Part shown: one piece after another, positions 12,339-24,300 of the stretch | Position numbering within the stretch: position 1 is the stretch's first letter | Layout of the letters: every line of letters begins with the position of its first letter | Assembly (NCBI GenBank): GCA_965202585.1 | Contig: OZ241833.1 | Location: 32,302,001-32,366,000 of the forward strand | Origin: Thalia democratica | Lineage: Eukaryota | Length of the DNA: 64,000 bases | Direction: 5' to 3' | The notes under the pieces: generated by a model | What the model was told of the DNA's origin: nothing | What the model saw: only the letters and a program-made list of their open reading frames with translations | The model's database searches: none | Translations under genes and position numbers: made by a program

Positions 12339-15300
12339 CGCAACACAAACACCTGCATTGAGTTTTGCGAGATAAAACTCAAAGTAGAAGAAGTGGCATT
12401 GTGATAATGCTCAACACTTCTATTGTAGCTGCAGGCATGTAGCTGAATTTCGCGAATATTTCAGATGAGCTCCACTACGCAGATAATTCTACAGCAAAAA
12501 TTGTTTTCCACAAATTAACTTTTCGTTTCAAGTTTTTTTTTTCATTCAGCTTTTTACGTTCTCCTGAGGTGGTCTGATCTTTTTCGAAGAATTGTTATTT
12601 TCAGCTGCTTTATTTTATTATATATGAGACGTGTGTGGTTTATATTATTGAGAGCTCGTGACAAAATTACAAGTGATATATTTCAGTTTACAGCTTTTTA
12701 TTTGGTCAGATGAGTTTACACGAGTATTGTTTATTAAAGCTGCGCGTTTTAAAAGCAACTTGACAATTTTCACGTGATTAATTGCTGCAATTTGTTATCA
12801 TACGCTTTATTGATATCTCACGCAGCTGAACTTTTTTAATATGAATATACCACTTTATTACGCTAAGGTACAGAAGCTTATTAAGCAGCTTTTTTTGTGC
12901 GCGCAAACAAGACAAAGCTCACTCAATCACGCTGCTATGCTGAATGCTCGCTGTGTTGGGTCATTGTTTAATTTTAACAACAATTAGCTCGCTGCACCGT
13001 CCGAATGCAGAATGCAGTATTTTGTCTTGTGCACCGCAAGCGTCCCTGTGTGGAACGTTGGAACGCGCTGAAAGTAATTGCGATCGCTTGATTAAAAATC
13101 CGTGTACTGCGGCCAACTCGCAAAGTCCGAGGGGACCTAGCGAATTTGGCGGGCCGGGGTGATTATGGGGTTTGAATGAAAGAAATAAAGGTTTAGAATT
13201 AAGACTTTGTTAAAAATTACACCTGAGTTTTAATTCTTTACTTGGCATCAGTTTGGGTCAATGCACTTAAAGTCGTGAATATTAGTTTTTTGCATAAAAC
13301 CTCTTTTTTAGTGGCTATAACTTTCTTACAATCCTCTTTTTCATAAGTTAAGTATCACCTAAACTTTAAATAAATTTATTGATACTATATTTTAACACCC
13401 TAAACTAATACATATTAAAAATTTATTTTATATCAATTTGTTTTGTTTTTATATATTTTAAACTGTTTACTTTTTATTTCATGTCATAAATGTTTAGACT
13501 ATTCTATAAAGTCAATGGTTTTCTTACTTTCGATGATATTTTTTCCATTTGAGATATACACTTTAATGAATTTTGTGATTTGCAAAACTGTTTACAAACA
13601 TTATAACAGTGAAATGTGACAAGATTTTAACAATGCTTTTAATTAAAAAAATAAAAAAATTCCAAACACAACAGTTTACTCTGATTTATCTCATACGCCA
13701 ACATAAACATAGTGAACTTGGTCAACGTTAAAGCGCGGTAAAATGTTTGTGCTTTTTTTTTTACTCACACACACAATCCTCGTGTGCGTGCCTTTAAGAA
13801 AGCTAAAGTCTAATCATCACCAGCCAGTTAATTAGCCACTCGGCAATACCGGCCAGCAGTTTTTGTTTACAAAGCAAAGTTCGCTCTCTTCAGCCGGCCG
13901 TTTTGTGCTGAGGCGAATTTGAAAGTTTGCCCGGCGCAAACAGTTGTTGTAGGTTTGTTGTTTACAGTTTTATAACCTCTAGTATTTGACAAACACTCGA
14001 CCCCGTCGCCGCAAGTAAAACGCGAATGTTTTTTTTTTGTGTGTTGGGTCAAAAGGAAATAAAAGTGTTTAAAATGTTTTTTTCATGTTAGTTTGGTTAA
14101 AAAATGAATTTTCGGTAAGCTTCAAGTTGAAGTTGTTAAAAAGGAATATGCGCAAAATTTCGACTTCAAAATAAATATACTAAAATTAATGTCTAGTTTG
14201 TAATTTTTTGTTTAAACGAAGTTTGTTGACGTTAAATGGTCTTTAAAATTGTAACTGAAGCTTTATTTTATATACAACTACAAAATCTGACAAAACTTAA
14301 ATTTATCTTCAGTTGTTCTATAAGGTTTTTGTTTTGAAAATACCAAAATAATCCTAGCTCAATTTAAAACTTCTTTTAAACGTTTAGAAAACTTAGGCTA
14401 ATAACAAATTACAGAGGATTTAGTATATAAGCTCTAATTAATATGAAAAAAATCCTTTAATGGGGATTTAAATTTAAGTAAAGTTAACACAGATAACGTT
14501 TATATTGATTTAAGATTTATTCTTTATCTGAAAATTTTAGCTTTTAGCATTAAATTTTAAGTTTTATTTTATCGCCTTTTTTACAAGGTGTCATAAATTA
14601 ATAAAACAGTTTTTATTTTGCTAAAAAAATCAACTTATTGTAGTTACTAACGGACTTAGTGTATCTCAATGCAGACACTTATAATTAAATGTTTACTGTT
14701 AGTAATTAATATTTCAACTTATACGAAAGTAATAAACAATATTTAAATAAAACCTTAAACTTGAAAGGATAACACATTGATTTTTTGTACCTGCATTTTA
14801 AAGTATAGTTAAAGTTACGTTTTTGTGATAACATAATAATTTCATAAACTTAAATAAGTCTAATATTAGCTTGTAAAATTTAGAATACAAACCCAGTTAT
14901 TGTTTACCAAATAGAATACCGAGCATCAAAAGACTAAACTTTTCATTATTAAAACTTCTTTACTTCGTTAACTAAGCAATAAGTTTGTATTGTAAGTTGT
15001 ACATTCTTATAAACACAACTACAGTATCGATGAGTTTGTTGCATTTTGTTTTTGGATTGTATTTTTCTTAAAAAGTTTTTTGTTTGCAACTGAGTGCACA
15101 ATAGTAATTTTCAGAAATTACTGTTCCACTTTTTCAAAAAGGGCTTATTAACTATATGATAGTTTATCAAAATAGAACATGTTCAGATATATTGAAATCC
15201 CTTTTGTATGAATATTGTTTACTTTTAAATGTAGTTTCTAATATATATTGATTCATATATATTAGACCAAAACCTTAGTAGAGCTTAATTTGCTTACCTA

Positions 15301-16502
15301 ATTGCTTATGATTTATTTTAAACTACATTAATGATCATTGCAACTCTGTTTTATATACATATTATATTTATTAAATTGTCAAACAACCATTAACTTCAGT
15401 AAATAAAATTTTTATTATAATATAGCACAAAATAAACATAGAATAAATTTTTCTCAAAATATCTTTAAACATCTAACTTGTTGTAATGCTAAATAAGGCA
15501 AAAATAGGTTTTGTTGATAAAAAAGCAAAGTTATTACTGTCGTGAAGCCTCTAGATAAATATCATATCGGTGATATTTTAGCGGTCAGGAAAGTTTTATT
15601 TGAGTTTAACACTCATAAACCGTTTTTAAGCTCAATTGACCTCGCAGGTATGCAAATAGCTTAATTAACCAAATTAAAAGCCCGTTTAAGACTTATTAAT
15701 GAGGGCCATCTACAAAGTTGTTTATGGTAAATGGATACTTTTAGTGAGCTTGAAGAAAAACAACTATATTTAAACGTGATTTATGCTACCTGCAAATTGG
15801 GAAAATATTATACAAATTGTCTTAGAACTACGTTAAATCTCATTAAAAGAATTTTGTATTAAACAGTTGTACCTAAGTTTTAAAAAACATTTTTTTTGTT
15901 TAATACAACAAATTAAGATTTTAAACTACTGACTTCACACTGTTTTTTCATTAAAGTGCTTTTTCTTTACAGAAAAAATCAAAAGCATCTACAAGTTTTT
16001 AATGTTTGTTTAACACACCGCTAAAAGCGTGTAGCAAGCAAAAGATTAAAGAAAACAATCAAAAGATATTTCAAAGCTCATTGTGTCCAAGGCAAATTAT
16101 GAACTGAGCAGATTAGATTTCGTTTGCGATTACGTCATTTAAGCGAATTACGAAGGTGGTTTCTTGCGTGTTGACAGACGGCCGATATCATCGGCTTATT
16201 GAACTGATTACACACACACACACAAATCGTTGGTCAGAAAAAATCGCTTTGATAAAAAAATTAAGCGAAGTTTCTTGGTGCGCGATAAAACATGAGATAA
16301 AAAGTTGTTTGCATTAGCGACTGGCGAAACTTTTTCGACAGAAAATTTTTCTTGTTCAAATCTCACGCCGCACAATGGGAAAGAGGCGGAGATTTTTTTC
16401 CTTCTTCTGCTGAGAGGCGAGAAACAATACGCCTCTTGTGTTTTTCCACCGCTTTCGTGCTCCTTTTATTATCCGCAGCGAACACTGGCCCGCCGCAAAC
16501 CA

Positions 16503-16767
16503 GTCACGTGGTTGATCGTCGCGCTCGAGTGACTTCAAAGCAATGTATTTCTAAATGAATGTTTGCCCGATCGGACGCCGTTCGAGTTTGCGCAGCTTCG
16601 GCGGGTTCCCACGAGTTTTACGCCCAAATGAGCACGATCTTAAAGTCGAGTCTCAGAGAGGATCAGCCGCTTGTGTTGTGTGGAGATAAGCAGCTTTCGA
16701 CTTACGTATGAGCGCCCATCAAAGGGTTGAGGATTATGTAATTGGCTGTGTAAGCGGCTATAAATAG
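16503..16767 (+). promoter_or_regulatory. Promoter-like CpG-rich block (candidate upstream MEGF6 promoter)
   Basis: GTCACGTG E-box at 16503, RBPJ/Su(H) site TTCCCACG at 16606, reverse CCAAT (ATTGG) at 16741, CTATAAATAG (TATA/MEF2-like) at 16758-16767. Confidence 0.35.
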
Positions 16768-17105
16768 ATTCTACTGGTTGCTTGTGTGAGCATCGTGCTG
16801 TGATGCTTGTGTTGTAGAGTGAGGGCATTTACCTCGAAAACTGTTACTTTTCGGTGTTTTTACTCGGAATATACGTACAAACGTTTCGAGGAAAATTACA
16901 TGCTGGTGGTAACAAAATAAAGTTTTCTGAACTTAAGCAGCTACAAAACACGAAACTAAAACCTCTAAAAGCTGCTAAATTAATTCAAACATTGACGTTT
17001 TCAGTGAAGTTTTGAAAAACACTTGCATTAAAAGTTGTAGTAAAACGGTCAAATAAATTTATTCTCCATCAAGCGGTGCATATTTCGGATGGCATTTGAG
17101 GAGCA

Positions 17106-17697
17106 GGGAAAATTCCTTGTAATCCCCACCAACAGCGGTTTTCCAACACTTCCATAATTAGTGAGCGATTACAGCATACAGGCAGAAATTTGAAAACTTT
17201 TCATGCTTTGTTGACGAGCTTCCCTTCTTTTGATGGTGGATTTTTAAACTGGAAAACTTCTTACACGTCTACAGCATAAACTGGGGTTTTTCCAAGAAAG
17301 TTTTCTTTGAAAGTGAGCATTTTTTCATCGCTTCTTGCGAAAACTTGTTGAGAAAAATCGACTTTTTACTATTTGCAAAGGGATTACGATCAAACAGTAC
17401 TACAATGAGAAAACGTCATAAATATCAGCTTAATTTTTTGCTAAAAGCTCTAATCGCCAGATAAAATTGAACTGCATGCGTCGAGATAAGGCCTTTTCAA
17501 TCCAACTTGAGCAAACAGGACTTGTTTAGTGAATTACACGAGAGCTTTCGGTTATGATTTATCGCTCCGAATGCAAAGGATTAGTCGGCTCTTGAGTTTT
17601 GCTTTTAGTTTTCCAGAAAAGTTTTCTGATGGGGAGAACTGCAGAAAAGTCAATAAAAGGTTATTGAGGCGATACGTCATCTTTTTGAAAATTTCCC
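17106..17697. promoter_or_regulatory. Cluster of Rel/NF-kB-like and STAT-like sites
   Basis: GGGAAAATTCC 17106, GGGGTTTTTCC 17283, TTCCAAGAA 17290, TTCTTTGAA 17303, GAAAATTTCCC 17687. Confidence 0.35.
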
Positions 17698-20600
17698 AGT
17701 GAAACGTTAAAAGCATTACGCGTTTTACATCTGGCTTGTGTAAATAAAAGCAATGTGTATGCTAGCACTTGTGACTATATAAAGAACAAAAACAAAGTGA
17801 AAAATAATACATAATTGTTAAAAAACATAAAAAGGTTGTTGTTTGCAGCGCACTTGATAGAAACTTTTAAGAACATTGTTTTTTCAATCAAAAACTCAAA
17901 TTTTATCAGCTTTATTGTTGAGCAATCAGTCATTTCAGACAGCCGTAAACTCAAAAAAAAAATGTTTCAAGTGTTTCAAGTTTTTTTTCTTTTTGATTTA
18001 AAACATGTATTGTTAAATTTTTTCTTAAAGTTTCTATTTTTATTTTGCTTATAAAAAGTCATTACGTAGTCTAAGCGAATTTTGCAAGCATGAGTCACTA
18101 ACATACTGTGAAACCTCAAAGAGCTATATTTATTAGTTATGCTCTATTTATATTTTCCATTTAAAACTTTGATAAATCTTTTTATAAATAACATTAAGTT
18201 ATGATGTTATTTATAGAAACGTTTTAATAACTCTTTTAAAACAGAAATTTAAATTCAAAAGGCCTTTGAGAAAAGCCTATAGCCTTATTTATTTTTGTTC
18301 CCACCCACTTTAAGACTACTATATCATGTTGTATCAACTGTTGCAAAATAATTTCAATACCAAAAGCTTGATATTAAGCGTTTAAGCACAACAATACAGT
18401 ACTAAAGAAAAGCATAAAGGTAAAATTTTACCTCAACTTTTTACAAAGCGTTCTATAAATAGAAATTTTGTAATCGACCTTAATCTCTACTTAATCAATT
18501 GTAGTAATTACAGCCGAAATCGTTCTTTTATATCATTTAATACATCTCGATCTAAAGTTAATTTCGAACTGGTCATTTTCGTTGAAAACAAAAAAGAAGG
18601 TTTGTCCAATAATTTATAATTAAGGATACATATTTTTATGTTATGAATAATGGAGCAAATGAAAACTGTAACAATTGGCAATTGGCACAGTGTGATCTTT
18701 GTACAAGTTTATTAATTTGTTTCGGCTAAAAACACAATTAAACAAACGCATTCGCGTTAAGAGTATATATTTTTATCACTTCACTTGTACTAATTAAATT
18801 TAGCACGAAAGCTGTGATTTTAACCAACATTTTAAATACTTCTCATGAATTTTATTGGTGGTACAAACTTTCTCGAGGAAAATTAAGTCACAAATTGCAT
18901 TTAAAGTGGCTGTGAAGATAAAGTAGAAAGTTATGTCATTTAAACTTTCGTTAAGATTCTTTCTTAATCTTTTTCTATCTCGTTTGTTACGTCATTTTTG
19001 TGTTTCTATCCCATTAAATCTTACTTAATCCAGAAAAAAGTTACTTTTTGTAATAAATTAAATATACATAATGATTATTTTGTCTATTAAACCTCAGTTA
19101 GAGAAATCGTTTTAATACTTTATTGTACCACAATGTCTACTTTTTAATTTCTTCTGTCATACATTGTAAATTTTGAAAACTAGCTTTTTCAGTTTTTCAA
19201 TTTTCTACTAAAACATTTATTCTTTGAAATTCAAAATTTTACTTTTAAATTTTATCATTTCACACACTACTGTGGCTGTTTTCTTTGTAATTTTATACAA
19301 CAAAACCTGATATTTGCACTGACAAAAACTCAATAAAGTAACATTTAAAGTGCAAGCATAAGATAAACAACTTTTTTAGTAAATTTTTTACGGCCAATTA
19401 GACAAAGAAATTCCTGGGAATTATGTTATTTTAATGTCAAGTGCGCAGAAACGTCACAAACCGAAATGTTCACAAACTCGAAAAGAATTTTGTACGAATG
19501 ACAAAGTGCTTTGTGAAAATACCAAAAAATAAAGTTGCTTTCAAAAACACGCAGCATCGTTTTGAATGTCGCTTGACAGGCGTTTACACTTTGAATGGCT
19601 GCTGAGTTGAGCGTAAGTGAAAGTACACTATGACGTCACAGAAGCACATCAAAAGAAGCGCGCCGGCACCCTTTGACCACTCGCAGTTTACACAAAGGTG
19701 ACAATTCATACGTCACAAGGAACATATTTCTATACGAAACGCTAAAAACATTTTTGAATAATTTCAAAGCAGCACTTCAAATGACACTCGATTGACCTCT
19801 TGAGTGTGATATGAATTTTTCTTACAGTTAGTTTATAATTTTGTTTTTATTTCCACTTCCGTAACTCGCAAATCGAGCATAGAAAAACAATAACTTCCAC
19901 ACCTGGTGCTAATTCAAATTAGCTCGGTTGTTTTGGCGTTGTTTTGACAAAAATAATAATGATACACTGGTCTGTCGCGCAGCCTAATTGGCGTGTAAAA
20001 AGCGTCGCATTGTTCTGTTTTTATTTTTAATTCATTTCGATTTTATCAGCACAAACACGCGGCATATTTGCACAAATTGAATTCTTGAACACGACACGGG
20101 TCTGTCGGAAATGTAATTAATTTGAAGGCAAGCGTGCAACTTGTTCAGCAATACATTTGCACGCCCGAGTTACAGCTAGTTGAAATATTTAAGAATGCAA
20201 AAAAAAAAATAAAGCATCAGTAGTTGTGTAAGACATGTTTTAGTGTCAGTCGAGTGTTTTTTGCTTGCAATCAAATTGCGTTTGTACAATTTTGCATATT
20301 TTGATTTTTTTTTAAATTTTTTTTTAAGAGTAAACGATAGCGACAAAGGTAAAAGGCAGCGGTTGTAAGCAAAATTCAGTTTATTAGCGACTGCTTCACT
20401 GTTGGCCGCATAGAAACTCAAAACACTTTTTGAGTCAAACTACCTTTAACTTGGTTTTGAAAAATATAGCTCCTTTGTTTTGATACTTTTGTTTTTTTTT
20501 ACTAAATACTTGAAATAAAAATGTTAAACTTTTTAAATTTTATTTCGAGAGTTGAAAGAAAACTTTTTAGACTACTTTTAGATCTGTAAAGATATTCAAA

Positions 20601-21196
20601 TAATTTTTACTTTTTTATAAACTTAGTTTTGAAATTTCTGTTTTATTTGTTGCAGATAATTTTTGTTAGACTAGTAACAGTTTGTACCTGCTTCAAAGTC
20701 TAAATAATCGCAAAAAAGTTTCCAAGTTAGTGCGTGTTTGTTTGAAACCGGTAAATAAACAAGCTCAAAGCTTAAAATTGTTGTAATGAGCATGAAATAA
20801 CGAATCAACTATTCTGATAAACAATGTATATATATTTTTTTTTTCACATACAGCTTTTTAAGCTAAAGGTTGTTCATTTTTAAGATTTTAATTGGAGCGT
20901 GATAATAAATCTGAACCATTTGAATTATTTCAATAACGATTAATCATAATTAAACTCAACTCGCAGGTGTTTAAAGATAAAAATACGTTAACTGGCCAGG
21001 CCAAACACAACCTTGCAGATTTGAAATTTGCTTAAATGATTCAGAGCTCAAACATCAGAGAGGCTTGAAAACATCTAATTACGAAATTCCAAGCTAAACG
21101 AGTGAACAACAAAACTTCACTGGCGCATTCTTTCCACTACAAAGAGTGGGACACACAAATTATCAGTTGGAAGCATTAATTTGTCAATTACCCGAC

Positions 21197-21306
21197 ATGC
21201 ACTACAAACACATACGGAGCAGGCACCTGACCACCTTTGTGGCAATTATGTACGTCCTGACCAGCTTCAACCTGGCCTTCGGCACGACCGGACTGCAAAT
21301 CGGACA
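21197..21306 (+). CDS. MEGF6: MEGF6 exon 1: signal peptide [36 protein letters not shown]
   Basis: ATG, hydrophobic core, GC-rich. Donor CA|gtgagt in phase 2 matches exon 2. Confidence 0.85.
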
Positions 21307-24300
21307 GTGAGTTCTTTTGTGTTTTTGTTACGTATTTTTTATTACAATTAAACTTTTGTGTTTTTTTTTTTCGTGTAATTACGCTGAAGCTATAATCTTA
21401 TTTGGAAAAATAAAAAAAGTATATGTATTTTTTTAGGTTAATATATTACTTTTGCCTTGAAGCACAATTAAACTTTTGTACTTTTTCGAGTAATTACGTC
21501 TCGGTTTTAATCTTGTTTGGAAAAATGAAATATGTAAGATATAGTTCATCGGTTGATTTCAAATTTAAAACAACAAACATGTTATTTAGAGCATGTTTTA
21601 TATATTAAACATAAACCAAAACACTTGTTAGTATTTAGCACATACACAGTTGTTGTTATTTCTAAATATGAAAATAAAAACATAAACAAAATAGTTCACG
21701 TGTGACTAAAAACGTATTGATTTTAAAGCATCATTTGAAACAAATACTTAATTTTATCGACAAGTAAAAGTCCGATCCATGTTTTTCATTGATTTACTGT
21801 TTGAACTGCTGTTGAGCTGGAATAAAGTTTTAAAAACTTTTAAACATTTGTCAATAATTCGACTGATTTAACCAGCTTGTGTCAGTTGAAAATTTATATA
21901 CCTTTAATGGAAAAAACTTCTGTTAAACTGTCATTTTGGACGACTAAACGTTATGTCGGCATAAGGTGTTGTTCAGCTAGTCATACTTTTTAAGTTGTAT
22001 TAGAAAATGCACTTAAAACTTAAATTCTTGGCTTGTTCATTTCAAAAGAAGTTCCTTTGATCTTTGACTTTATTGCTTATTTGTACAAGATTGTTTTGAA
22101 ATAAAAGTTTGGTATAAATTATGAGAACTAAAAACTGCTTAAACAAAGTAAACAATATATTTTTATTGCTGTAATTAAAAGAGCAATAAAAATCATATTG
22201 TTTTTTTTTTTACCTACTGAGTGAAATTGAACTAAATTATGTTTCTTTAACAATACTTAATAGTTTAAATATCGGAAGGTTACTTCTTACAAGTTTTTGT
22301 TTTATTTTTTAGATAAATACAAACACAATAAGCTTCTATAAAAAGCTAGTTCTGTTAAGCATTTTAGAAGCTAGTAATTACAAAATTAAATCAAAAAACA
22401 TTTAAACATGACTGTTAGTCTAATGCTTGAATATTTTAGTCTGAAAACTTTGAGTTATTTTTACAGAATGTTAAACCTCAGTTACTTTAGCAAAAAACTG
22501 ATTTATCGCTAATTAATTTAAAACATTGTAAAAGTTACCATGCATAAAAATAGCGATGAGTTTTTAATTTCAGCTCTCAATCATAATAAGTTTGGTGCGA
22601 AACCTATAAATATTGTTTTAAAAGTCTGCAGTTTTTAAAGTTCATGTTTTAAATGTATGACTAAGTACTATATCAAAACGTCTAGGTTGTAAAATTCTGC
22701 TTTAAGTTTTATGTTACTTATATTTCACATGTTGAAAGTAGTGCTTAAATTGTTTTACTTTTTTTCAGAGAAAAAATATTTAGCAAACCATTTAATAAAA
22801 AAAATGTTGTTATAATAGTTGAATTAATAAATTGACTATTAATAAATTGAGTTTATTCAAACTGTCACAAACTTAATTAGAAATTCCTTCAGACGAACTT
22901 ACTTCATACAAAACTATTTAAATTGCACTCATTATGTTTTTATAATAAACTTCTTTATTTCTTATATAAAATATAATGAAATAACAATAAATATCCATAA
23001 TTTGAAGCTTTATTAGTTTTTTTTTTCCATCATTAAGCACACTCAATTTAATGTGTCATTAGCTTTAAATTAAAACGCTGAAATAACATAAACACAACAT
23101 CAAATAACGATCTGTGAACATATTTCAATATAAAATCATTAAAAAAACTACAAATTGGCGTCGTTATCTTTTCAACTGAATACTTTCTGCTGTAAGAAAA
23201 GATTGAAGAAACATCAATGCTGAGAAGAACAGAGAGTTCTCGAGGGCCCTTGAAACCCCCTTTTGTGGGACACCCACTTGAGCGCTTTATTCGTTCTTCA
23301 AAATCACATTCACTGCCATGAAACGGACGCTCACTGCCTTGAGTGTTCTTTAAATACTTTTTTTTTTCACAAATTTTTACTTTTAAGACGGTTTTCAAGA
23401 AATAATGGTTATCCAATGCTTATAATGCTTAATTTTGTTCACTTGTATCTATAAATCTATATAGTCATAAATATTTAAACCTTAAGTCTGTAGAAAAAGT
23501 TTAAATGATCATTAAAATAAGTGTCTAAGCATAGTTTAAACATCTAATTTAGTCTTTTACAAATGTTAAAACTATTTTTATAAATTTTTAAAGCCTTTAA
23601 TATGCATGAATAAAATTATTCTCTAAATAACTGAATAATTTGTTATTATTTGCTATAGTTGTTAAAATACACAGTGAATAACCAAAACAAGACTAATAGC
23701 TTTTACCCGTGCCTACCTTAATCAAAACGAATTCTACTGATTATTTAGTGCAGTTGAATTTTCTTTTTGTCCGTGACTTTTTTTATCATTAGACAAGCAC
23801 CAAGATTGTGTTTGGTTTTTTACTATTATTGTTATTTCACAAAGACCGATGATCGCATGATTAAACTTTAGTACCAAGGATTTTGTTTAGGTAACAAAGT
23901 TAATGTACAGCTAAGTTTATTTGAGTACGAAAATGTTTTACAGCTAAAAAAAGATCATCTGATTGTAAAGCAACTAAGGCTCCTAGGCACAACAATACTC
24001 TTTTAAAGTAAAATAATAACCATTACTTTTGTTTTTACCACTATCACTATTATTATCAATACTAAAAGTTAAAACACATATGAACTCTTACACGCATTAC
24101 GTATATAACTTAATCTTCTAGGTTTAGCAAAGCGTTTATACATAGACTACATAGTCATTATTATCAAACCCCCAACAGAAACTTCTAGTAACAGATAGAC
24201 TTTTTAAAGTTAAAGCGACTATTATTAACTAAAAATATCACCTCTATGTACAACAGACCCAACGTGTGTGAGGACTTAATGCTAAAATTTAAGCTTGTAT

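Noticed and set aside
23048-23416. 122-aa minus-strand ORF in intron 1 with a GC-rich core and two CACTGCC (miR-34-seed-like) motifs
   Set aside because: No domain similarity, AT-rich codons at both ends, no hairpin partner arm, and intronic seed matches are not meaningful targets.
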